Positions 9,343 through 18,714 of a stretch of DNA of 40,312 nucleotides are shown piece after piece; position 1 is the first letter of the stretch; each line of letters opens with the position of its first letter. The position numbers and the translations under genes were made by a program. The stretch is from Mustelus asterias (Eukaryota), in the NCBI RefSeq assembly GCF_964213995.1, contig NW_027591211.1, forward strand, positions 62,001 to 102,312, written 5' to 3'. The notes under the pieces are model-generated. The model made no database searches and had not been told where the DNA came from. It was given only the letters and a program-made list of their open reading frames with translations.

Positions 9343-11439
9343 TTAACTAGGTGTGTGGGGGGGCGCTGGCGCAATTCTCACCAGTCCACCCCCCACCTTT
9401 TCGAGCCTGTGGAGGAACCGCAGTACCCAGCGCCGCTCTATTTTCTCCAGGCCCGCGGAGGCATGTGAGCATGCCTTCACGGACCGGACGAGCTGCGCCA
9501 GGTACGGCCAGCGGCCGAGGGCTAGCCGGATTATGTCGGAGCGACCGGAATGGTTACGGATAAAGACCCTGAGGTCCTTGGAGGGGATGAGGGACGACTC
9601 GGTGGGGGGCACGAGGGAGTCCCCCGCCTCGCTCTGGGCAGACTCTGAAAGTGTCCCCGTGCCCCCCACCGAGCCGCTGACCTCCTCAGGGCGGTCGCCC
9701 CTCGACTCCGAGTCCCCCGCCGCAGGACGTACGGCGGGCGGCACGGAGCCACCAACTAGCCCTAGCCCCTCCCCGATCCCACCCCCAGGATCGGTGGAGG
9801 AGGGGTTCCCCCCGGGCTCACCTTTCCCGGATTGCGGGCCCCCGTGCGACGGCGGCCCAGCCCCCCCCCCCGCCCCAGACGCTTGGACACCCCCCAGGTC
9901 CGGTGTATCCTTCGGACTGAGGTTGGGGATGTCCAGCGTCCAAGGTCGGGACGGAGAGGACGAGTGGATCGTCTCTTCGCCGCCGCCGCACGAGGACATG
10001 AACATTGGAGTGTCGCCCCAGTCCCCCGACAGACTGAAGAAGAACTCCGGGTTGTAACCGGCCGGGTGGAACGGAGCCGTGGGGGTCCCGCTGCCACCCG
10101 GCCCCGGAGACTCCTCGCCGGGGGACTGAGGCAACACATGCTTGGATTTACAGGGTGCCTTGCCCCCTTTTTTCGCGGGACAAGGCACAAAGACAGGTGG
10201 GGGCACGGCAGGAGATGACTCACAAGGGGGGAGGGGCACGCAGACCTCGAACTCTACGGTGCCCGAGGGGCCCCGCCTCTTTTTGTTAACCTGCCCTCGG
10301 GCAGGCGAGGCCCCTCGCCCTCCGCCCCTCTTCGCCTTGCCGCGCCCCCCCTGCTCTCCCGTCACTTCCCCCCGAGGTGGCGGCGTCGCCAGTTTTGCCG
10401 GCTCGGGGTCGCTTACCCCCCCATGCTCGGGCCCATGATCCCGGGCGCCGGACCCAGCACTAGGCCCCGGAGAGCCCACGGGCCCGGCAGATGGTGGTGG
10501 TGGGGGGGGGGGGGCGCAGGTGGAGACTGAGGCGGTCCCCGAGCCGGCTGCCGGGGTGGTTGGGGTGTTTTCCCTGGGGGCCGGGGTCCCGGTACCCCCC
10601 TTCTTTTTTGTAGGTCCCTTATGGGCCTTTTGACCGCGCGGGGGCTCCGCTCCCCCCCCGCCGGCAGCTGAGGTGGCAGCTGCTGCCGGCGTGGCCTCTC
10701 CTCGCGCGGGGGCAGATGGTACTCGCTTGGGGGGAGAGGGGGCTGCGGTGCCAGCTGCGGCCGCCTTGGGTTGGTGGTCGGCGGCCTTGGAGACGGGGCA
10801 GTTTTTCCTCACGTGCCCCGCCTCCTTACAGGCATGGCACCGCACACCGTCCGCGGACCAAAAGACCCGGTACGTGGTCCCCTCGTGGGGGACATTGAAC
10901 CCTCCCTCCAGTTCCTCCTCCCGGGCCAGGCGGACAAAAACCTGGCGCCGGAAGGAGTAAATATGGCGGAGGGAGGGGTCCCGAAGGCCGAGCGGGATCG
11001 GCTGCACCCCGGACCTGACCTCCCCCAGTAGATGGAGGTGGGGGAGGAGGAGCTCACTCGGTAGGAAGGGCGGGACGTTCGATATTACTATCTTGTGGGC
11101 GGTGGCCTCCAAAGGGTCCACCGCCAGGAACGTCCCGCCCACCGTGAGCCCCTTTTCCAGGGCGAGGCGAACCGCCCGCTCGGCCTTCAGGAAGAATACG
11201 GCCCGGCCGTACATCTTAGAGGCCGCGACAATGGCTGAGGGGCCGACAACCCCAGCCATTGCCTTAACGCAGGCCTCGATAGACATGTCGGGGTGGGCGT
11301 AGCACTTCACCCCGAGCTGCCGCGTGATTAGGGAGAATGGCGGCAGGGCCTTGGGAGCAGCGGGGGCTCTGGCAGCCGCCACGCCCGCATAGGTGGGCCG
11401 AGAAGGCCCTGCCACCGGCGACGCTGGTGATGTCGCCAT
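9343..11439 (-). CDS. Tx1 ORF1 (gag-like nucleic-acid-binding protein), 698 aa
   Basis: Open frame with TYAGVAAA, AASKMYGRAVFFL, IVISNVPPFL, HIYSFRRQVFV and the zinc knuckle CHACKEAGHVRKNC, followed by a long Pro/Gly/Ser-rich region. Confidence 0.92.
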   Translation of the reverse strand: MATSPASPVAGPSRPTYAGVAAARAPAAPKALPPFSLITRQLGVKCYAHPDMSIEACVKAMAGVVGPSAIVAASKMYGRAVFFLKAERAVRLALEKGLTVGGTFLAVDPLEATAHKIVISNVPPFLPSELLLPHLHLLGEVRSGVQPIPLGLRDPSLRHIYSFRRQVFVRLAREEELEGGFNVPHEGTTYRVFWSADGVRCHACKEAGHVRKNCPVSKAADHQPKAAAAGTAAPSPPKRVPSAPARGEATPAAAATSAAGGGGAEPPRGQKAHKGPTKKKGGTGTPAPRENTPTTPAAGSGTASVSTCAPPPPPPPSAGPVGSPGPSAGSGARDHGPEHGGVSDPEPAKLATPPPRGEVTGEQGGRGKAKRGGGRGASPARGQVNKKRRGPSGTVEFEVCVPLPPCESSPAVPPPVFVPCPAKKGGKAPCKSKHVLPQSPGEESPGPGGSGTPTAPFHPAGYNPEFFFSLSGDWGDTPMFMSSCGGGEETIHSSSPSRPWTLDIPNLSPKDTPDLGGVQASGAGGGAGPPSHGGPQSGKGEPGGNPSSTDPGGGIGEGLGLVGGSVPPAVRPAAGDSESRGDRPEEVSGSVGGTGTLSESAQSEAGDSLVPPTESSLIPSKDLRVFIRNHSGRSDIIRLALGRWPYLAQLVRSVKACSHASAGLEKIERRWVLRFLHRLEKVGGGLVRIAPAPPHTPS

Positions 11440-11830
11440 TGTATCAGGGGAAGTGCTACACCCACCCCGAGACTGCCCAGATGCACGGCAGGGCGTATAT
11501 GTGGAGGGAAAAATAAGGGAGGGTGGGGTAGGCGGGGAAGGGTGTAGGTGTTCTCTCCCCGGAGCGAGAGAGGGAGAGAGGAGGTCGGAGCAGTGGGAGG
11601 GAGATGAGGCACAAGGCCGGTGCCCCAGTCAGGAGGGAAAAAGGGGAGGGTGCACCAATCTTGGGGACAGCAGCAGTGGGTAGGGGAATTAGGAAAAGGT
11701 CTTCACCCCCCCCACTGCAGATGGAGAAGAGACAGTCCAAACGCCTTCGCCCCCCCCCCTTCTCCTCCAGTTACTCCCTGTCCTCTCTTCCTCCCTCCCC
11801 CCGGGGAGAGCGCACCCTCCAGAGGCCGGA

Positions 11831-12470
11831 TGGCAGGCAAGCAGGCAGTCCAGACGGCAGGCAGCCCAGACGGCAGGCAGGCAGGCAGTCCAGACGGCAG
11901 GCAGGCAGGTAGGTAAGCAGGCCAGACGGCAGGCAGGCAGGTAAGCAGGCCAGACGGCAGGCAGGCAGGTAAGCAGGCCAGACGGCAGGCAGGCAGGTAA
12001 GCAGGCCAGACGGCAGGCAGGCAGGTAAGCAGGCCAGACGGCAGGCAGGCAGGTAAGCAGGCCAGACGGCAGGCAGGCAGGTAAGCAGGCCAGACGGCAG
12101 GCAGGCAGGTAAGCAGGCCAGACGGCAGGCAGGCAGGTAAGCAGGCCAGACGGCAGGCAGGCAGGTAAGCAGGCCAGACGGCAGGCAGGCAGGTAAGCAG
12201 GCCAGACGGCAGGCAGGCAGGTAAGCAGGCCAGACGGCAGGCAGGCAGGTAAGCAGGCCAGACGGCAGGCAGGCAGGTAAGCAGGCCAGACGGCAGGCAG
12301 GCAGGTAAGCAGGCCAGACGGCAGGCAGGCAGGTAAGCAGGCCAGACGGCAGGCAGGCAGGTAAGCAGGCCAGACGGCAGGCAGGTAAGCAGGCCAGACG
12401 GCAGGCAGGCAGGTAAGCAGGCCAGACGGCAGGCAGGCAGGTAAGCAGGCCAGACGGCAGGCAGGCAGGC
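11831..12470. repeat. 28-bp tandem array (GTAAGCAGGCCAGACGGCAGGCAGGCAG)n in the Tx1 5' UTR
   Basis: GTAAG recurs every 28 bp from 11913 to 12361, then at 12385, 12413 and 12441 (20 occurrences; one unit is 4 bp short). Degenerate units at both ends. Confidence 0.97.
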
Positions 12471-12640
12471 AACAGGCAGGCCGGGCAAGGCAGGCAGCAG
12501 CTCACCTCCCTCCTTCCTCCCCGCAGGGAGCGAAAAACAAACAAACCCAACAAAACAAAAACAAAAACCGGGCGTCTCCGTGAGCAAAAACGAGAAGAAA
12601 AAAAAAATAAAGGTACTCACAAAAAAAGAAAAGAAAACCC

Positions 12641-13245
12641 ACGAACACCATCTGAATTCCCTGCCCCCGAGACAGGTTCCCAACTATCCGCAGTCTCGCT
12701 CTGTACTGGCACCAGCAAGATGATCATAGAATGAAGCCTTGAAACGAGAAACAAAGAACAATTAGCCCGCGCCTCTCCCTGGTCCAAACTAGACCACTCT
12801 TTTGTATCCCTCCATTCCCACTCCGTTCATATAGCTGTCTAGATAAGTCTTAAACGTTCCCAGTGTGTCCGCCTCCACCACCTTGTCCGGCAACACATTC
12901 CAGGCCCCCACCACCCTCTGTGTAAAATATGTCCTTCTGATATCAGTGTTAAACCTTCCCCCCTTCACCTTGAACCTATGACCCCTCGTGAACGTCACCA
13001 CCGACCCGGGGAAAAGCTTCCCACCGTTCACCCTATCTATGCCTTTCATAATTTTATACACCTCTATTAAGTCTCCCCTCATCCTCCGTCTTTCCAAGGA
13101 GAACAACCCCAGTTTCCCCAATCTCTCCTCATAACCAAGCCCCTCCATACCAGGCAACATCCTGGTAAACCTCCTCTGTACTCTCTCCAAAGCCTCCACG
13201 TCCTTCTGGGAGTGTGGCGACCAGAACTGGACGCAGTATTCCAAA
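12641..13245 (-). mobile_element. CR1 LINE 3' portion (young)
   Basis: ORF 12789-13253: LEYCVQFWSP...LERVQRRFTRMLPG...YFTQRVVGAWN. The 3' UTR extent is approximate. Confidence 0.9.
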
Positions 13246-13348
13246 TCCTCCACCCTCTCCCCGTAACGCTGTCAATATTTTCCCTTCAGCTTCCCATTCA
13301 ATTTCCTCTTGATGGAATCTTCTCCCACCTCTGACTCAGACAGAACAT

Positions 13349-13520
13349 GATGTGGAGATGCCGGCGTTGGACTGGGGTAAACACAGTAAGAAGTTTAACA
13401 ACACCAGCTTAAAGTCCAACAGCTTTATTTGGGAGCAAAAGCCACACAAGCTTTCGGAGCTTCAAGCCCCTTCTTCAGGTGAGTGGGAATTCTGTTCACA
13501 AACAGGGCATATAAAGACAG
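13349..13520 (-). mobile_element. Penelope-like element terminal-repeat fragment
   Basis: The minus strand has a hammerhead core, then AATAAA, then GTTGGACTTTAA..TGGTGTTGT...GGCATCTCCACATC, the pattern I recognise for fish/shark Penelope-like ends. Near-identical to 28814-28985. Confidence 0.8.
13445..13481 (-). ncRNA. Minimal type-I hammerhead ribozyme motif
   Basis: CAC-CUGAAGA-A-GGGGCU[UGA]AGCUCC-GAAA-GC-UU/GUG: 3-bp stem I, 6-bp stem II, palindromic AAGCUU in place of stem III. Activity untested. Confidence 0.75.
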
Positions 13521-13962
13521 GGCAAACAGGGCATATAAAGAGGTTTGAAGACTGAGTGAATCTCTTCCCACACACACAGCAAGTGAACGGCCTCTCTCCA
13601 GTGTGGATTCGCCGATGTTTCAGCAGATGGGATGAGGTAATGAATCCCTTCCCACACTGGGAGCAGGTGAATGGCCTCTCCTCAGTGTGAGTTCTCTGGT
13701 GTATATGTAAGCTGTTTGACTGAGTGAATCCCTTCCCACACTGGGAGCAGGTGAATGGTCTCTCCCTGCTGTGACTGCCCCGATGAATCTCCAGCTGGGG
13801 TGGGTAATCAAATCCCTTCCCACAGTCCCCACATTTCCACAGCTTCTCCCTGTTGTGACTGCAATTATGTTCCGAAAGCCTGGATGATTGGTTGAAGTCC
13901 TGTCCACACACAGAACACGTGTACAGGTTCTCTCCCCTAAAAATGGTGCTTTTTCCTTCCAT
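13462..13962 (-). CDS. C2H2 (Kruppel-type) zinc-finger protein: 4 complete fingers plus a broken 5th, with a Penelope-derived C-terminus (possibly a pseudogene)
   Basis: MEGKST...[42 protein letters not shown] linkers, then [14 protein letters not shown]|[25 protein letters not shown]. Splice acceptor (..CAATTTCCCAG) at 14072-14073 opens the exon at 14071. Confidence 0.85.
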   Translation of the reverse strand: MEGKSTIFRGENLYTCSVCGQDFNQSSRLSEHNCSHNREKLWKCGDCGKGFDYPPQLEIHRGSHSRERPFTCSQCGKGFTQSNSLHIHQRTHTEERPFTCSQCGKGFITSSHLLKHRRIHTGERPFTCCVCGKRFTQSSNLFICPVCPVFICPVCEQNSHSPEEGA

Positions 13963-14714
13963 GTTCAAAACACAATGATATTCAGGTTACAATAAATTGG
14001 CTAACTCCAGCAGGTTTCGATATCATATTTGGTTTCAGTTTCCCAACTGCAAATCCTCCTCTTCTAAAACCCTGGGAAATTGAGTTCGAACAGAAAAAAG
14101 GAAGTGAGAGAGAACCCACAAAAACACAAAGGCAGATTGTGAAATTGAGCTGAATGAATCTGATCATTTGTGGGGCCGCCACTCGGAAAAAGTGATCATG
14201 AAAACTACTGGATTGTCACAATAATCTGACAGGTTCGGTAATGTCCTTCAGGAAACAGAACCTGCCACCGGCCTGCACCTTCACAAGACTCTGGACACAA
14301 TGGGTAAAGAGAGATAGAGAGTGAGAGATGGATTCATATATATACATGATGAGAGAGAGAGAGAGAGAGATTGCCCCAATACAAACATCACTCCCCAACC
14401 TCTCTATCCCCCTCCCCAGCAACTATCTGAAGCTAAATTAATGACACAACATTACTGCCATCTTTTACCCAAAACGTAGCTTCAGACCCTGTCCCTCTAT
14501 ATTTAACCACCCCGTCTCTGACATCTCCTCCAGTCACACAACCCTGTGAGATGTCTGCACCGCTCTAATTGTGGCATCGTGAGCGTTCCACATGCAACAT
14601 GACTTGCATCGATAAACTCTCATCTCCAACATTTCAATTGAAGTTTCAAAGCTCAATGTCTTTGAAGCCGAATGGTCCAGATTGCCATGGCCTTCAGTGT
14701 GAACAAGTTGTTTG

Positions 14715-15185
14715 TGATGTCACTACAGAGGTTGCCTAGGAAACAATGACTGAACACAGGGGGTGAATGTGAGAAGCTGAAGTTTCCACTTGAAGACATT
14801 CCCAGTGTCTCTGAGCAGCTGAACTGGGGAAGCCTTTGGGCAGAGACTGTGCTGCTGCTATTGCCCTTCCTGGCCACCAGGCGTCGCTGTAACGCTCCCG
14901 GGGGCTGCTCCTCCCAGTGCCACCTCTTGCCCACTCCGGCCCGGCCCATGCTCGTTGGCGGAACAGGGGGGGGGGGGGGCGAGGCAGCCTCTGCGCATGT
15001 GCGGGACGGGAATGCTCACAGACGTCAGCGCGCGGGACGCCGCCGCATTGATGCCGTCTCCCCTGGCAACGCAAGATGGTCGCCGCCGTCTCCCTTGGCA
15101 ACGGAATATGGCCGCTGGCCGTCTCCCTTGGCAACGCAAAATGGCCGCCGTCGGTGCGTGTCATTGCTGCGCGTGCGCAGTGAGG
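14715..15185. promoter_or_regulatory. CpG-island promoter with RFX X-box, YY1, NRF1 and CRE-like motifs, probably of the zinc-finger gene
   Basis: GTTGCCTAGGAAAC 14730-14743; TGCGCATGTGCG ~14992-15003; GACGTCA 15021-15027; three copies of GTCTCCCYTGGCAAC + AANATGGYCG at 15053-15150; TGCGCGTGCGCA 15168-15179; high CpG density in non-repeat sequence. Confidence 0.75.
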
Positions 15186-15288
15186 TCTGTCTGCAGCCAT
15201 TGTCCAGATTGCCCCCAGTGGATGGGGTTGGGATTGTGCAGCAGATGGAGCAACAATCCCAGTTTCAATAGGGGGACAGAAGCTGCAA

Positions 15289-15305
15289 TGCTGCCCCCTG
15301 TTGGT
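15289..15305 (-). promoter_or_regulatory. Candidate CTCF site
   Basis: The minus strand reads ACCAACAGGGGGCAGCA, matching the CCASYAGRKGGCRS consensus with one mismatch. Weaker look-alikes at ~15209-15222 and ~15238-15251. Confidence 0.55.
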
Positions 15306-15384
15306 CACTTCTCCCAGTCTCAGCATTGCAGAGTGTTTAAACAAGAGTGCATTGTCACAGCAGCACCTTGACCTTCAGTTTCAG

Positions 15385-15582
15385 TTTATTTATTAGTGTC
15401 AGAAGTAGGCTTACATTAACACTACAATGAAGTTACTGTGAGAATCCCCTAGTCCCCACACTCCGGCGCCTGTTCGGGTTACACTGAGGGAGAATTTAGC
15501 ACGGCCAATGCACCCTAACCAGCACATCTTTCAGACTGTGGGAGGAAACCGGAGCACCCGGAGGAAACCCACGCAGACACGG
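15385..15582 (-). mobile_element. HE1-related SINE, 3' half (alternative tail subfamily)
   Basis: GGGAGGAAACCGGAGCACCCGGAGGAAACCCACGCAGACACGGGGAG core plus AAGTAGGCTTACATTAACAC tail, shared with 18420-18714, 29533-29717 and 32497-32720. Confidence 0.85.
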
Positions 15583-15802
15583 GGAGGGGACAGCCCGGGG
15601 GAAAGCTCCATTCCAACTGTCCCTGGAGTGTCAGATTAACCTGGGTCACTCACGCACCCCCCGGCTAAGACTCACCTCCCTCAGACAGTGAGACCCTCCT
15701 GTATCACTCACCTTACTGTAGTCACATACCCTCAGACTCAGCACCGGGCCCTGGGCGTGTTCTTTAAATGCTGCGACCTATCGTGGAGGAAAGAATTGGG
15801 AG

Positions 15803-16445
15803 GATTTTGATTTGATTTGATTTATTACTGTCGCATGTATTGGGATACAGTGAAAAGTATTGTTTCTTGTATGCTGTACAGACAAAACATACCGTTCATA
15901 GAGTACATCGGGGAGAAGTAAAAGAGAGGGTGCAGAATGTAGTGTTGCAGTCATAGGTAGGGTGTAGAGAAAGATAAATCTAATATGTAGCAGGTCCATT
16001 CAAAAGTCTGAGGGCAGCAGGGAAGTTCTTGAGTCGGTTGGTACGTGATCTCAGACTTTGTATCTTTTTCCTGACGGAAGAAGGTGGAAGAGAGAATGTG
16101 TGCATGAGGTCCTTAATTATGCTGGCTGCTTTTCTAAGGCCGCGGGAAGTGTAGACAGAGTCAATGAATGGGAGGCTAGTCTGCGTGATGGACGGGGCTA
16201 CATTCACGACCTTTTGTAATTTCTTGCAGTCTTGGACAGAGCAGAAACCATACCAAGCCGTGATACAGAAAGGATGCTTTCTATGGTGCATCTGTAGAAG
16301 TTGGTGAGAGTCGTAGCTGACATGCCAAATTTCCTTAGCCTCCTGAGAAAGTAGACGTGTTGGTGGGCTTTCTCAATTATAGTGTCGGCATGGGGGGGAC
16401 CAGGACAAGTTGTTGGTGATCTGGACACCTAGAAACTTGAAGTTG
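15803..16445 (-). mobile_element. Rex1/Babar-clade LINE 3' fragment
   Basis: KAHQHVYFLRRLRKFGMS...NFYRCTIESILS and CITAWYG...KKLQKVV...RSRTNRLKN; (AAATC)n tail at ~15805-15822. Confidence 0.85.
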
Positions 16446-16473
16446 AGACCCAAATGACAAGTTGTCATAGTGT

Positions 16474-16800
16474 CATAGATGTTTACAGCATGGAAACAGG
16501 CCCTTTGGCCCAACTTGTCATGCTGCCCTTTTTCTTTTAACCCCTAAGCTGGTCCCAATTCCCCACATTTGGCCCATATCCCTCTACATCTATCTTACCC
16601 ATGTAACAGTCTAAATGCTTTTTAAAAGATAAAATTGTGTCCATCTCTACTACGACCTCTGGCAGCTTGTTCCAGACGCTCATCACTCTCTGTGTGAAAA
16701 GATTGCCCCTCTGGACACTTTTGTATCTCTCCCCGCTCACCTTAAACCCATGCCCTCGAGTTTTAGACTCCCCTACCTTTGGGAAAAGATATTGACTATC
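16474..16800 (-). mobile_element. CR1 3' fragment
   Basis: ORF 16537-16740: GNLFTQRVMSVWNKLPEVVVE; same subfamily as 24285-25020. Confidence 0.9.
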
Positions 16801-17469
16801 TATTGTGTGTCAACCATAGAATAGTCACAGAATGAAGGAGGCCATTCAGCCCATTCAGCTGGTGTCGACTCTCTGCTAGAGCAATCGAGCCAGTCCCACT
16901 GCTCCACCTTGTCCCTGGAGCCCTGCAAATCTTTTCCCATCAGCTTCCCATCCCATTTCCTCCGGAAAGACAGCGAGGAGCAGAGAGGAAAGAGGGACTT
17001 GGGGAATGGAAAGTTTCATCTGATGTTCTTGTTGGCAGATGCTCTGTGGCGGATAAAGCTGGCAGCCTCCTCCAGAACGCAGCACAGAGTGAATGGAAGG
17101 GGCAGAATGTGAGTGAGATGAGACACGAGAGAGAGAGAGGGGTGAAAGCTTTCTGTTTGTCAGCAAAAAGCACAATGGTGGCCCTGTGTCCTTCAGGGAG
17201 CGGCCCAGGCCTCGCTCAAAGCCTGCCCTGTCCTCACACTCACTGGGAGACGGCCATTTCTAACATGTTGTCCATGTTTCTGAGCTGACACTGAGACAAA
17301 CACAACAACAGCAACCACTGTCCGGACAAGTCCTCACGGAGAATGAAATGTCCAAAGCCACTTCAAAGGAAGATTGCGCGGCAGGATTTGTCCCCGAGCT
17401 GTGGAGGGAGAGATTTGGATGGATGACCAGAAGCTGGGTCAGTGAGGTTGTGTTTTAGCAATGGAGGTC

Positions 17470-17850
17470 TAGAGAACAGAAAAGGCCCTTCGGCCCATTG
17501 CATCTGTGCCGGCCAAAGACAAATCACCTAACTTGGCTCACGGCCTGGTAAGCCTTGGCATTGCAAATGCATAGCTAAGCACTTCTTAAACGTTCTGAGG
17601 GTCTCTGCCTCCACCACCCTTTCAGGCAGAGAGTTCCAGACTCCCACCACCCTCTGGGTGAAAAAGGTTTTCCTCACATCCCCTGTAAACCTCCTGCCCC
17701 TTACCCTAAATCTATACCCCCTGGTCATTGATCCCACCACCAAGGGGAAAGCTTTCTTCCCGTCTACTCTATCGATGTCCCTCATAATCTTATCCATCTC
17801 CATCATGTTCCCCCTCAGCCTCCTCTGCTTCACGGAAAACAACCCCAGGG
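17470..17850 (-). mobile_element. CR1 3' fragment
   Basis: ORF 17528-17842: RRLRGNM...FFTQRVVGVWNSLPERVVEA. Confidence 0.9.
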
Positions 17851-18012
17851 TGGAATCTTATCACCGTTCAGGCCGGCAGGATTTTCCCATCCCACTGCAG
17901 TGAAAGGAGATTTGGCTGGTCACCAGATTCTCCGACCTCGCTGAGCGGGAGTGTGGCATCAACAGGTGGCAAGATCACACCCTCAGTCTATAAAATCTCT
18001 CTTCAGTTCGAG

Positions 18013-18300
18013 TGGCGGCACGGTGGCACAGTGGTTAGCACTGCTGCCTCACAGCGCCAGGGACCCGGGTTCAATTCCGGCCTCGGGTTACTGTCTGTGT
18101 GGAGTTTGCACATTCTCCCCATGTCTGCGTGGGTTTCCTCCGGGTGCATTGTCCATGCAAAATTGCCCTGAGGGTCCCACGATGTATAGGTTAGGGGGAT
18201 TAGCGGGAAAACACGTGGGTTTACGGGGTAAGCCTGGGTAAGAGTCCGTGCAGATTTGATGGGTCGAATGGCCTCATTCTGGACTGTAGGGATTCTATGA
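18013..18300 (+). mobile_element. HE1-type SINE (internally deleted)
   Basis: GGCGGCACGGTGGCACAGTGGTTAGCACTGCTGCCTCACAGCGCCAGGGACCCGGGTTCAATTCC head (A and B boxes) and CR1-type tail. Confidence 0.9.
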
Positions 18301-18419
18301 TTCGATGAACTAAAAATCTCCAGGCCAGGCAACATCCTGGTGAATCTCCTCTGCACCTTTTCCAGTGCTATCACATCCCTCCTATCCTGTGCAATCCACA
18401 ACTGCACAATTTATCGATG

Positions 18420-18714
18420 AGGTGCGGCACAGTGGTTAGCGCTGCTGCCTCACAGCGCCAGGGACCCGGGTTTGATTCCTGGCTTGGGTCACTGTCAGTG
18501 TGGAGTTTGTACATTCTCCCCGTGTCTGCGTGGGTTTCCACCGGGTCCTGCGGTTTCCTCCCACAGTTCGAAAGACGCGCTGGTTAGGTGTATCAGCCAT
18601 GCTAAATTCTCCCCAAGTTGCCCAAACAGGTGCAAGAGCATGGCGACTATGGATTTTCCACAGTAACTTCATTGCAGTGTTAATGTAACCCTACTTGTGA
18701 CACTAATAAAAAAA
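18420..18714 (+). mobile_element. HE1-related SINE, near full length
   Basis: tRNA-like head, core, and tail ending CTTGTGACACTAATAAAAAAA. Confidence 0.9.

Larger units (their letters stand above)
7372..12640 (-). mobile_element. Tx1-clade (L1 superfamily) non-LTR retrotransposon, 5'-intact and 3'-truncated
   Basis: GC/CpG-rich block with a 5' UTR tandem array, ORF1 (CCHC knuckle), a 28-nt spacer and ORF2 (APE endonuclease plus partial RT). The 5' boundary is approximate. Confidence 0.92.

Noticed and set aside
8373-11100. Several long + strand ORFs (e.g. 8373-9350, 9353-10057)
   Set aside because: Antisense shadows of the GC-rich Tx1 ORFs; no recognisable domains.
11703-12683. 326-aa and 260-aa Cys/Leu/Pro-rich ORFs
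   Set aside because: Translations of the stop-free 28-bp tandem array.
12600-12790. Search for a specific Tx1 target (U2 snRNA, tRNA or rDNA) at the element's 5' junction
   Set aside because: No recognisable small-RNA gene sequence; the flank looks like CR1 3' UTR, and the loss of the 3' end prevents identifying a target-site duplication.
18013-18080. tRNA-like sequences with A/B boxes (many copies)
   Set aside because: SINE heads continuing into SINE core and tail, not tRNA genes.
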